From assembly GCA_963706955.1 (NCBI GenBank), contig CAVPOC010000003.1, positions 544,001 through 608,000 of the forward strand: 64,000 nt of DNA. The letters are read 5' to 3'. This stretch comes from an uncultured Verrucomicrobiae bacterium. GTDB taxonomy: Bacteria; Verrucomicrobiota; Verrucomicrobiia; Chthoniobacterales; Terrimicrobiaceae. Each line of letters opens with the position of its first letter. The stretch's first letter is position 1. The notes under the pieces were generated by a model. That model searched no databases, was not told the origin of the DNA, and worked only from the letters and a program-made list of their open reading frames with translations. The translations under genes were made by a program, and so were the position numbers. Below are positions 36,680 to 46,196 of this stretch, in pieces.

Positions 36680-37792
36680 CTACCTTGCACGTGGCGTGAT
36701 GGCGTTTCGGATGCTTGCGAGGGGCGCCCGGTCATCGAAAGTGACTGTGTTTCCCTGCCGTCGAATGCCCAATTGTTGCCAAAGTGTTTCGAGCTCGACC
36801 GTGACAGGCTGGGAGGCCATTTCTTCATAAAGTTCCCGCAGAACGGGCACGCCCACCGCCTGATCTGCCACGTCGAGAACTCGCTCGACACTCCAATCAC
36901 GATCGATCGAACCGCCGGCGGCAAGGATTGCGCGCAACGAATGCTCAAGTCCATAGCGGTTGCCGGTTCGCTGGCGGATAAGCAGGTCGGCACGAAGATA
37001 AAAAAGGGCGCCACCCCAATAGGTTCGCCCCCAAGTCGGAGTGCCATCGAGTCCCCGGTCACCGGATTGCGGCTGACCTTGGGGGAGGCCAACGACGAAG
37101 TCGAACCAAACGCGCTCTGGTGTTAACAGACCTGCGCGGGCTTGAGCAATAGATTCGACATAGGTGGCCAGTCCCTCCTCGAGCCAGTGGTGGCGCTCGG
37201 GCAGCGAAGGAAATGCCAGGTGGACCATCTCATGCGTCAGCAGCCAATCATCTGCGAGACTAGCTGTGGTCGCATCGCGTCCCAGTGCGATGGTGATGAG
37301 CGGACCGCGCCAACCGTAGGCCGTGCCATCCCTTGCTTGCTTGCCTACGCTGGAGGCAATCCGGAGCCTCAATCGGGGAACCGGAAATCTCCCATAGTAG
37401 TCCGAGACAGCACGCGCCGAGCGCTCAACCCATTGCCGAGCCACGCTCTCCCACGCGGCCGAAGCGGATCTTACGAACTCGATCTCGATCAAACCATTGG
37501 CAATCCGTAGCTCAGTGCCCGCGGCCGAAGTTGCGACGAGCAGGAGCGCGAAGGCTCCGAGCAAAGCTTGCAGAACTTTTGGCGACGTCTTTTCCGCGCG
37601 CGAAACTCGCGGCGGAGGTTTGCAGCAAGGCCAGGCCCCAACAAGCCGGCGCGGAGAGCAAAACGGTGAAAAGCCCAAGCAAAACCCGATCACGTTCATA
37701 ACCATATGGCAAAACGACACCACCACAAGGCATCGGACCGCTTCGAAATCCGACTCTGGAGGCCCCGCAGAGATCTCGTGAAGGCGCATCAC
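36680..37792 (-). CDS. Secreted zinc metallopeptidase-like protein (M61/gluzincin-like)
   Basis: THEMVH...WLEEGLATY and GRTYWGGA motifs; signal-like segment near 37520-37570, so the true start is probably ~37600. Confidence 0.72.
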   Translation of the reverse strand: MMRLHEISAGPPESDFEAVRCLVVVSFCHMVMNVIGFCLGFSPFCSPRRLVGAWPCCKPPPRVSRAEKTSPKVLQALLGAFALLLVATSAAGTELRIANGLIEIEFVRSASAAWESVARQWVERSARAVSDYYGRFPVPRLRLRIASSVGKQARDGTAYGWRGPLITIALGRDATTASLADDWLLTHEMVHLAFPSLPERHHWLEEGLATYVESIAQARAGLLTPERVWFDFVVGLPQGQPQSGDRGLDGTPTWGRTYWGGALFYLRADLLIRQRTGNRYGLEHSLRAILAAGGSIDRDWSVERVLDVADQAVGVPVLRELYEEMASQPVTVELETLWQQLGIRRQGNTVTFDDRAPLASIRNAITPRAR

Positions 37793-37919
37793 TGACCTCG
37801 TTTTCCGAACAATGGAACGACGCCTTGGACCGGCCCGCGCACGGCTGAGGAGGAGATTTGCTAGTCGGATGCGCTAATTCCCGGTCCCAAAAACGAATAA
37901 TGCAAAAGGAGAGATTATC

Positions 37920-38285
37920 ATGAAACGAAAATTGTGTCTCATTGCAGTGGGACCGCTTCTCTTGGCCGCGTGTGAAACTGAGCCGATTGTGACGACAACC
38001 ACGACCGAAACCCGGCAGGAGATCGTTCGCACCCAGGGAGATCGAGTAGTCGGCCGGGAGGTGATCGTGTCGCGAAACCCACCCGGGGTTCAGGTGGAAC
38101 AGCAACCTGCTGCCCCCGGATCAGAATATGTCTGGACACGAGGGTATTGGCGATGGACCGGAGCAGACTACGTCTGGGTGCCTGGGAGCTGGGTCGCTCG
38201 TCCGAGAACAACGGCGGTCTACGTTCAAGGCGAATGGCAGCGTCGTCCCGGGGGATGGGTATGGGTGCCGGGCCGTTGGCAATAG
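37920..38285 (+). CDS. YXWGXW-repeat lipoprotein
   Basis: LAAC lipobox; YVWTRGYW, YVWVPGSW and WVWVPGRW repeats. Confidence 0.88.
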   Translation: MKRKLCLIAVGPLLLAACETEPIVTTTTTETRQEIVRTQGDRVVGREVIVSRNPPGVQVEQQPAAPGSEYVWTRGYWRWTGADYVWVPGSWVARPRTTAVYVQGEWQRRPGGWVWVPGRWQ

Positions 38286-38303
38286 GTCGCAGGTCTTGAA
38301 AAT

Positions 38304-38585
38304 ATGAACGGTGAAAAACGCATCCAATTCGCCGAAGCGTCCCAGGCATTTCTCTGCGACGAATACTTCAGGAACAACTTCACGGCCTTCCTTCATGCGA
38401 ACTCGGTTATTGTCGAATTGGCGGAACGCTCCGCATGGCCCGCTTCCCCAGAAATTCCGGATTCCGATAAGCTGTCTGTTCTGAAACTCACGAAAGAATC
38501 TCCGGCTTTGAAGCAGGAAATCGGAGATGGGCTCATCGAACGATTCCTCGCCGCCGACAAAGTAAACAAGGCGCAAAATACGTAA
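38304..38585 (+). CDS. Hypothetical protein
   Basis: 93-aa ATG ORF directly after the lipoprotein gene. Confidence 0.5.
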   Translation: MNGEKRIQFAEASQAFLCDEYFRNNFTAFLHANSVIVELAERSAWPASPEIPDSDKLSVLKLTKESPALKQEIGDGLIERFLAADKVNKAQNT

Positions 38586-38937
38586 GGCTCTCCGTCGCGG
38601 AGGCGTGGCCTCAATGGACCTGCGTGGACGAGCTGATCTAAATTCTTTGCCTTCACGCCTATGGATGCCGCAGATAGAGGCTTCCGGATAGGTGCGTCTC
38701 ATGCTGCAGGATGGATTGCAGAAACTGTCAAAACGATGGGGCAGCAAAGGCGAGCACCCCGGAAATCTCGCAAGTCGTTCAAGACTATATGAACATCTTG
38801 GTGGACTGGCGCGTAGGAGCAGGTCGAAATGCCCAAGGGCAATCCGTGGAGCTGGTCGTATGAGCAACTGCAGGATTACATTGGGCGACGAAGGAAGGAA
38901 TGGTGAAACGAACTGCCGGCCGGAGGATCGATGAAGT

Positions 38938-39147
38938 TCAGCGGGTGCGCCCCTGATCCGCTTCGCTCGCCTTCACTCGAGGATCGGGATCTTCCGGTTG
39001 GCTGAAAGCTGCTTTTTGTTCCGCTTTCGTATTGCGCTTCTCTGGCAAAGGGTCTTCGACGAAATCCTTTAATTTTGCGGGCTGCTCGGAAGGAATCGAA
39101 GGCGTGCCCGAACGTTTTCCGACCGGAGTCACCTTACGACGCTTCAT
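38938..39147 (-). CDS. Small hydrophilic hypothetical protein
   Basis: MKRRKVTP... low-complexity charged ORF. Confidence 0.4.
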   Translation of the reverse strand: MKRRKVTPVGKRSGTPSIPSEQPAKLKDFVEDPLPEKRNTKAEQKAAFSQPEDPDPRVKASEADQGRTR

Positions 39148-39221
39148 GTCTTGGATTCGCGTCCTGAGAGCACCCGACGGTCGCATCGAGGTAAGCGAAC
39201 GGAAGGTGGGACGAGGTTCTG

Positions 39222-39473
39222 TCAGGGAACATGCGGGTCAAAGTGCTTAACCACCCACAAGCTATCCTCAGCTAATCCGATCTCCTGTTCGTCGAGCTGG
39301 GGGTCTTCGTGGGCAGCGAGCAACAAGATGACACGCGACCCATCGCGATAGAACACGTTGGCGATTGACCGCGCGCAAACCCCTTCGGGTGTATCCCAGA
39401 CCTCCACCGGGATTGTGAATTCATTCCCTTGGAAGCTTCGAAAAACCTCGATATGTGACATGAGGGTTCTCAT
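39222..39473 (-). CDS. Small hypothetical protein
   Basis: MRTLMSHIEVFRSF...; protein-like 3' part of a longer ORF. Confidence 0.45.
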   Translation of the reverse strand: MRTLMSHIEVFRSFQGNEFTIPVEVWDTPEGVCARSIANVFYRDGSRVILLLAAHEDPQLDEQEIGLAEDSLWVVKHFDPHVP

Positions 39474-39931
39474 GGTTATTTCTAGAGCGGTCGGCCGCGG
39501 CTGGCCCGATTCTGCAAGGTGATTCGGGCAAAAGGCATTTTTCGGATGCCTGTTTACGACGGAACCCTCTACGAAAGTCCCTGATTCGACTACCAGAGCG
39601 ACCCGAGCAAACTGGCGGACGATCCTGGGCTGGGTGAGCCAATGCTCAGAAAGAAGCCGCCAAATGTCGAAGCGCGTGGCGGCGTCCCCGCCGCGGGGGA
39701 AGCTTCTTTGCACGATACCGGGGCACTCCGGCTGACGTGAGACCGCACCGTTGGCGCGATAGGAGCGTTCAAACGGACGCATTTCTAGACCCGCGACGTA
39801 TTCATGGCGTCCGCGGGTCTTTTCTTTTTGTCGCGGACCCGGAATGTAGCGCTTGAGAGGCGCAAGAAAGGGGCTCAACATTTCTCAGTGCCTCAGGGTT
39901 TCTTTTCTCCCCGCTTTGCCTAGGTTCTCCT

Positions 39932-40879
39932 ATGCCAGTTAAAGCACAATTTCCAGGGGAGCAGTCGGAGGCAGGGGAATTCGAGCGCCAGGAGGATGCC
40001 TTTCGCGATTTCGTTTCGATCGATGGCTCGACGCCGTACCCGGCGGTGGCGGGTCGCTATCATCTGTATATTTCCCTCGCTTGTCCATGGGCGAGCCGCA
40101 CGTTCATTGTGCGCATGTTGATGGGGCTGCAAGACGTCGTTGGCATGACCGTGGTCGATCCGGTGCGCGACGAGCGCGGCTGGGCGTTTCATGACGGACC
40201 CGGCTACAGCCGCGATCCAATTAACGGCTTCGACTTCCTGAGCGAAGCGTATGTGGCGACCGATCCGAACTTCGACGGTCGCGTGACCGTGCCGGTCTTG
40301 TGGGACAAGGAAGCCCGCCGAATTGTCAACAACTCAGAGGATGACATCTGCCGAATGTTTAACGACGCATTCCGCGAGCTCGGCAATCGCTCCGTCGATC
40401 TCTTCCCCAAAGACTTGGAAGCCGACCAGGCAAAGCTCTCCGCCTTTGTTTACGATTATGTAAACAACCGAGTCTACAGAGCGGGCTTCGCAAGCACACA
40501 ACGGGCTTACGAGAAGAATTGTCGTGCACTCTTCTACGCTCTGGAAGAACTAGAAAAACGCCTGGCAACGCAAAGATACCTTTTTGGCGGTCGTATCGTC
40601 GAAACCGACTGGCGGTTGTTTTGCACTCTCGTGCGCTTCGACGCCGTCTATCACGGGCACTTCAAATGCAATATCCGCCGAATCGTGGACTATGCCAACT
40701 TGGACGGCTACTTGCGGGATCTGTATCAGCAGCCTGGAATCGCCGAGACCGTAAACCTCGAGCACATCAAACAGCATTACTACATCACCCACGATGACAT
40801 TAATCCGACCCAAATAGTTCCCGTGGGACCAGAGCTTGATTTGACGCGTCCTCATGGACGCGAACGTCTGTCGGCGTAG
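39932..40879 (+). CDS. Glutathionyl-hydroquinone reductase (GST Xi/Omega, YqjG/ECM4 family)
   Basis: RYHLYIS.ACPWA.R, GRVTVPVLWD and RFDAVYHGHFKCN motifs. Confidence 0.93.
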   Translation: MPVKAQFPGEQSEAGEFERQEDAFRDFVSIDGSTPYPAVAGRYHLYISLACPWASRTFIVRMLMGLQDVVGMTVVDPVRDERGWAFHDGPGYSRDPINGFDFLSEAYVATDPNFDGRVTVPVLWDKEARRIVNNSEDDICRMFNDAFRELGNRSVDLFPKDLEADQAKLSAFVYDYVNNRVYRAGFASTQRAYEKNCRALFYALEELEKRLATQRYLFGGRIVETDWRLFCTLVRFDAVYHGHFKCNIRRIVDYANLDGYLRDLYQQPGIAETVNLEHIKQHYYITHDDINPTQIVPVGPELDLTRPHGRERLSA

Positions 40880-40906
40880 GGCGGTTCGCCCGCCGAGCCA
40901 AATTGC

Positions 40907-41233
40907 CTACCGGCGTGCCAGAGTATCCTCGATTGGTCCTCGAGTCACCGCCGTGGGTTCCTCCAGCACGGAAAACGAGTGGACACTGAGTTCGGACAAC
41001 ACCGGCAAAGATTTCATCGCGGCCACGATGGGACCCTCGAGGTATGCCCGGGCCGACTCTTCATCGTCGAACAGGTAGATGCCCCCACCGCGAGATTCCG
41101 CCTCATTCAAAAGCCAAATTTTCCAGCGGAGTCCAGGCACCTGAGCGATTTGGGAAGCGACGGCGTCGAATCCACTCTCAAATTCCGCGCGAGTGACCGA
41201 AAACTTGTAGTTGATCTGCAAGAGGTGAGGCAT
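40907..41233 (-). CDS. YdhR-family putative monooxygenase
   Basis: PGL.WKIW..NE....GGIYLF.DE.SA.AY and T.VTRGP motifs. Confidence 0.85.
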   Translation of the reverse strand: MPHLLQINYKFSVTRAEFESGFDAVASQIAQVPGLRWKIWLLNEAESRGGGIYLFDDEESARAYLEGPIVAAMKSLPVLSELSVHSFSVLEEPTAVTRGPIEDTLARR

Positions 41234-41296
41234 CCGCGCACTTTCTGTGCGACGTCCGGTCACCGCAAGCAAAGATCTTCTTCGGAAGCGATCCCA

Positions 41297-41988
41297 TCAC
41301 CACGCGATCACCTTCCTGTCCCGCAGGAATTTTGCCGTTAGGTTCGTCGGTGCCTCCGTCGCCAGCCAGACGATAGTGTCGGCTCCCTCTTCAACCGAAC
41401 GAGTGGCATTCGCCCCTCCCATATCGGTGCGCACCCAGCCAGGACACACCGAGTTTATGGAGAAGTTGGGCAGGGCGGCCGCAAAGAGACAGGTCACCGC
41501 GTTGAGCGCAGTCTTGGAGAGGCAATAGGCTGGCGCCCAAGTGTCCATGCCGTCGGCAAGCTGCCCTCCACCGCTGGAAACATTAATGACACGCGGTGAT
41601 TTGCTTTTGGCAAGCAATGGCAAGAATGCCTGCGTCACAAGCAGCGGCCCAAGCGTGTTGGTTTGGAAGGTCTTGTTAACGGTTTCCGGATCGAGCTGAG
41701 TAATCGAGTTGTCTCCTTCGAGGATGACACCCGCGTTGTTGATGAGGACGTCAAGATGGTTTGCAGCTGCAGAAACAAGATGAACAGCGTTGCGAACGCT
41801 TTCCGGGTCGCAAACGTCAAGCAGAATGAATGTTGCCATTGCGCCGCTTGTCCGCAGCGCTTGCGTGGCATTTTGTCCGCTCTCGGCATTACGCGCACCC
41901 AGGAAAACGTGAAATCCGATGCTGCCGAGCTGTCGGACCACTTCGTACCCATTCCTTTGTTAGCGCCAGTCACCAAGGCCGTTTTCAT
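41297..41988 (-). CDS. SDR oxidoreductase (carbonyl reductase-like), 5' frameshift
   Basis: MKTALVTGANKG in one frame; LINNAG, YCLSK and CPGWVRTDMGG in another; shift at ~41950. Confidence 0.85.
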
Positions 41989-42122
41989 GCGCGCAAGCAA
42001 GCTATCATACGAGAAATCATCTCGTCGAAAGAGGCGAGTTGTAGGGGCGTTTGTGTCAAGCGCCCCGACAAAGTTTCTTTCAGAATTGTCCAGCGGCTCA
42101 GAGCGACGCGTGGTCCCCGGCA

Positions 42123-42725
42123 TCAATCTGGTCGCAGCATCTCAAAGCGGTCACGCGTGCGACAATACCAATGCGGCGCGCTCATGCGTCCGATCGCCTG
42201 AAAAAGCTCGCTGCGGATCCGCAACGTTTTCGGATCGATCAAGGCATCTTGGACCTGGATCCGCTTCACCAAACCGATAATCAGGCGATTCTCTCCAATC
42301 TGCAGAGTCCCCCATTCCTGGCATTCCAAACTGGCGGGCGATTCTGCGATGCGTGGCGGACGCACGACGGAGGAGGGGCACGGGGTCAGCCCCGCCATCT
42401 CGAGTTCACTGGTGCCATAGGGAGCGGAAGCGGCTGTGCGATTCATCGACTCCGCGAGCGCTTCATCAACAAGATTGACGACGAACTCATGCGTGAGGCG
42501 AATGTTTCGAGCCGTATCCTTGGGCACACCGCCTTCGCGATCCCCGGGGCAAATACCGACGATCGGAGGCTTCGACCCGAGCACGTTAAAGAAGCTGAAC
42601 GGGGCGGCATTGATCGCGCCTTCGGAGTTTATCGTGGTGACCCAGGCAATCGGTCGGGGAACAACCAGCGAAACCAAAACGGCATAGGAGCGAGCGGCGT
42701 GCTCGCCTTCAAGATCGAGTTCCAT
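42123..42725 (-). CDS. Flavin reductase-like (DIM6/NTAB) protein
   Basis: VVPRPIAWVTT, NAAPFSFFN and KDTARNI...EFVVN motifs. Confidence 0.9.
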   Translation of the reverse strand: MELDLEGEHAARSYAVLVSLVVPRPIAWVTTINSEGAINAAPFSFFNVLGSKPPIVGICPGDREGGVPKDTARNIRLTHEFVVNLVDEALAESMNRTAASAPYGTSELEMAGLTPCPSSVVRPPRIAESPASLECQEWGTLQIGENRLIIGLVKRIQVQDALIDPKTLRIRSELFQAIGRMSAPHWYCRTRDRFEMLRPD

Positions 42726-42925
42726 GGCGGGAGAAGTATCCACAGATTTCACAGATTTACACTGATTTGTCCCGCGGCGGTCGCTCCCCCTGTCCGCAAC
42801 GAAGCGGCCCCCCTCAAAGCGGTGCGCACACACCAGAGAGCGGTGAAGGCGCTATTCGGCTGTTAGCCAATACCGATGGGATCGCGCCTTCGACGCCAAA
42901 TTCAAAATCTCTCATCTCACAACCA

Positions 42926-43810
42926 TCAACTCTTGGACACAGCGATGGCGTTACTCGAGGGGGTCACGTGCGATCCAAATCGATTCGCATACACCTGCGC
43001 AAACTCCGCCCCAAAAAAGACGATCTGAGAGGAGTAGTAGACCCATATGAGCAAGACAATGAGCGAACCCGCCGCGCCATAGGAGGAGGCAACTCCGCTC
43101 CGTCCAAGATAAAAACCGAGGGCAAATTTCCCAATGGTAAAGAGGAGGGCTGTGATAAACGCACCGATCAAGACATCGCGCCAGGCAATATTAGCGTCAG
43201 GCAGGATCTTGAACATCATCGCAAAGAGGAGCGTGATCACCGCCAGCGACAAGATCGCGTTGAGCAGCTGGATGAGGGCCTCCGTACCAGGAATCATCGC
43301 TTCGAATTGTTTTCCCACAAAGGCAATCACCGCCGTAAGCAAAAGAGAAACCAGGAGCAGAAATCCGACGACCAAAATAAATCCGAAGGAAAGGATGCGA
43401 TCACGAATGATACCAAGAACTCCGCGACCTGGCTTGGGCTGCACGCCCCAAATGATATTCAAGGATGCCTGGAGCTGGCCAAAGACGCCCGAGGCGCCGA
43501 AGAGAAGCGTAACGATGCCGATCACGGTTGCAACCACGCCTGTCTTTGGCTCTGCGCTCGCACTCTGCACAATTTCTTCCATGGCCCTGCCGCTGGCGTC
43601 CCCAAGTAATCCTCGCAATTGATCGAAGATTTGACCCTGAGCGGCTTCTGCGCCGAAAACCAAGCCGGCGATGGCAATAGTTATGATCAGTAGGGGCGCG
43701 AGGGAAAAAACGGTGTAATACGCAAGGGCAGCCCCCAACATGGGAGCTTGATCATCAAGCCACTCGAACAACGTCGTCTTTAACAGCGAGAAAGCTTCCT
43801 TAGGGTTCAT
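42926..43810 (-). CDS. YihY/BrkB family membrane protein
   Basis: AALAYYTVFSLAP and YGAAGS..V.L.WVYYS.QI.FFGAE motifs. Confidence 0.92.
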   Translation of the reverse strand: MNPKEAFSLLKTTLFEWLDDQAPMLGAALAYYTVFSLAPLLIITIAIAGLVFGAEAAQGQIFDQLRGLLGDASGRAMEEIVQSASAEPKTGVVATVIGIVTLLFGASGVFGQLQASLNIIWGVQPKPGRGVLGIIRDRILSFGFILVVGFLLLVSLLLTAVIAFVGKQFEAMIPGTEALIQLLNAILSLAVITLLFAMMFKILPDANIAWRDVLIGAFITALLFTIGKFALGFYLGRSGVASSYGAAGSLIVLLIWVYYSSQIVFFGAEFAQVYANRFGSHVTPSSNAIAVSKS

Positions 43811-43989
43811 TCCAATGGATCGAATCGAATGCGCATCGAGGATGCACCCGAGATGTCGGCACGGCTGCTTGCGGTGTCCCCCACCGCCGAAAATGGGTCT
43901 TCGACCGTGGGGGACGCTACAGGGCGAGATCAGCTACGGCCCTCGCACACTTGTAGCACGATGCTTAGAAAAGAAGCTCCGGCTGGTTT

Positions 43990-45931
43990 TTACCCTCGCC
44001 GTTCCCTAATCGCCGCTAAAATGTCGGCGACGACCTCGCCGCGAGGGCTTTGCGCCGAGGTTTCCCTTTCCATGCACACGAACGCTGACAGCGTTCGATT
44101 CCAGGTCACGCTTGCCGATCACGAGCATGGTATGGACCTTTCGCTGCTCGGCGCGCTGAATCTTTCCATTAATCTTGTCTGTTGAGAGATCAAGCTCGGC
44201 GCGAACCTCCCGGGTGCGGAGTTCGGCGTGGATGCTCCTGGCGAAATCGAGGAGCGGTTCCTCGATTCCGATCGTGAGGATGCGAACTTGCTCGGGAGCG
44301 AGCCAGAGCGGGAAATTACCGGCATAGTGCTCGATGAGAAACCCGATGAATCGCTCGTGGGTTCCGAGCGGCGCGCGGTGGATGCAGAGCGGAGTCTTCT
44401 CCAGATTATCGCGATCCTTATAGACCAAGCCGAATCTCCTCGGCACGGCAAAATCTACCTGGTTGGTGGCAATGGTGAATTCACGCCCGATCGCGCTCCA
44501 CACCTGCACGTCGATCTTTGGTCCGTAGAACGCGGCTTCGTTCGCCACCTCAATATAGTTGATTCCGGAGCGATTGAGAACGTTACGGACCATTTCCTCC
44601 GTCTTGACCCAGAGCTCCGGCTCACCAACAAATTTCTGGCCGAGCTTGGTGGGATCGTGCGTCGAGAAGCGCATGAGATATTTCTCGATACCGAAAATCT
44701 CGAAATACCTGAGATACATCTGATTGACGGCATTAAACTCGGCCTCGAACTGATCCTCAGTGCAATAGATGTGGGCGTCATTCATTTGCATTGAACGCAC
44801 CCGCATCAAACCAAAGAGCTCACCGCTCTGTTCGTAGCGGTAGCAGGTGCCGTACTCGGCCAAGCGCAGCGGCAGATCGCGATAACTGCGCGGGACCGCC
44901 GCAAAAAGCTTGTGATGATGCGGGCAATTCATCGCCTTAAGGTAATAGCGGGTGCCCAGGCCTTCGATCTCCTGCTCGAGCCTCTCGGTGCGTTTGCGAG
45001 CCTCGCTAAGGAGCCCTGGGTCGGACGAGGATGCGCCGCCCAGCTCAAAGTTGCGCCTCTCTTCCTTGGCGATTTCCAACTCTAAACTAAGCTTGCGCTT
45101 TCGTTCCCGCGCTTCTTCTTCGACGAGTTCCATCGGAGGAAACATCGAATCCGCGTAATAGGGAAGGTGCCCGCTGCAGACATACATGCTTTCGCGGGCG
45201 ATATGCGGCGTGCGGACGCGTTGGTAACCCGCGGCGAACTCCGTTTCCTTGGCCAGCTTTTCCAATTCCTCGATGAGGACTGCGCCTTTCGGAAGCCAGA
45301 GGGGCAAGCCGGGACCGACGTCGTCGTCGAAGCAAAAAAGCTCCATCTCACGTCCGAGCTTGCGATGGTCGCGCTTTTTCGCCTCCTCGAGCATCGCGAA
45401 GTAGGCGTCCATCTCGGTCTTGTTTTTGAAAGCCGTTCCATAGACGCGCTGGAGCTGAGGATTGCGCTCATCCCCCTTGTAATATGCGCTTGCCACATGG
45501 GTAAGCTTGAACGCGCCAATTCTCCCGGTATGCGAAACATGCGGACCGGCACAGAGATCGGTAAAGTCACCGTTACGATAGAGGGTAATGACCTCCCCGT
45601 CGGGAATGTTTTCAACGATATCGAGCTTGAAGAGGGAGGGTTTGTTTCTTTCGGAGAGGGCGGCGAGCGCGCCTTTTCCCGCGAGCTGGAGGGCTTCCTC
45701 TCGGGAGACCTCGATGCGCTCGAAGTGGTGGTTAGCCTTTATTTCCTTCCGCATCTCCTCCTCGATGCGCGCGAAATCCTCCGGGGTGATCCGATGTGGC
45801 AAGTCGACGTCGTAATAGAAGCCGTTCTCGACCGGCGGCCCCGCGGCAAACTGGGCCTCCGGCCAGATCCGCAGAATCGCTGTCGCCAAAACATGCGCAC
45901 TGGAGTGGCGAAGGGTTTCGATCTCAGTCAT
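43990..45931 (-). CDS. thrS: Threonine--tRNA ligase (one extra base near the 3' end)
   Basis: HSSAH, DLCAGPH, RDHRKLG, MNCPHH, AAFYGPKID and HRAPLG..ERF motifs; the natural end RGEVVADILAAIRERRG* is in a shifted frame ending at 43990. Confidence 0.96.
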
Positions 45932-45974
45932 AGGCAGCGGGCTCGATCTTGTCGACAAAGGAGGCCGCCGTCCA

Positions 45975-46178
45975 TCAAAGCGGGATACCCTCCTCCGGAG
46001 TCAATAGCGGAATGCCGTTGCTAATCGGATAAACCATCCTGCCATCTTCACGAATGAGGCCTTCGCGGAGGGGCCTGGCAATTTTCGCACTCGCTACGCT
46101 CAGGGCATCCCCATCTGCAAGGTGAAGCGACTGGCGCGTGAGAGGACAGCAAAGAATCTTAAGCAGTTCCTCATCCAC
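45975..46178 (-). CDS. Trm112-like small protein
   Basis: LL.IL.CP..R..L and YPI.NGIP.L motifs. Confidence 0.8.
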   Translation of the reverse strand: MDEELLKILCCPLTRQSLHLADGDALSVASAKIARPLREGLIREDGRMVYPISNGIPLLTPEEGIPL

Positions 46179-46196
46179 TCTGCGCGCGTCGGGGAC

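Noticed and set aside
38590..39930. Riboswitch or ncRNA in the poorly coding stretch
   Set aside because: I could not match a known aptamer consensus by eye; a possible frameshifted small ORF near 38661-38860 is too weak to call. An Rfam scan would be needed.
3700..43900. Integron cassette array
   Set aside because: No integrase, no recognisable attC (RYYYAAC...GTTRRRY) sites, and mixed gene orientations.
44945..45130. Intein or REP-derived insert in thrS
   Set aside because: Too short, no C/S start or HN end, and no palindromic repeat in the DNA.
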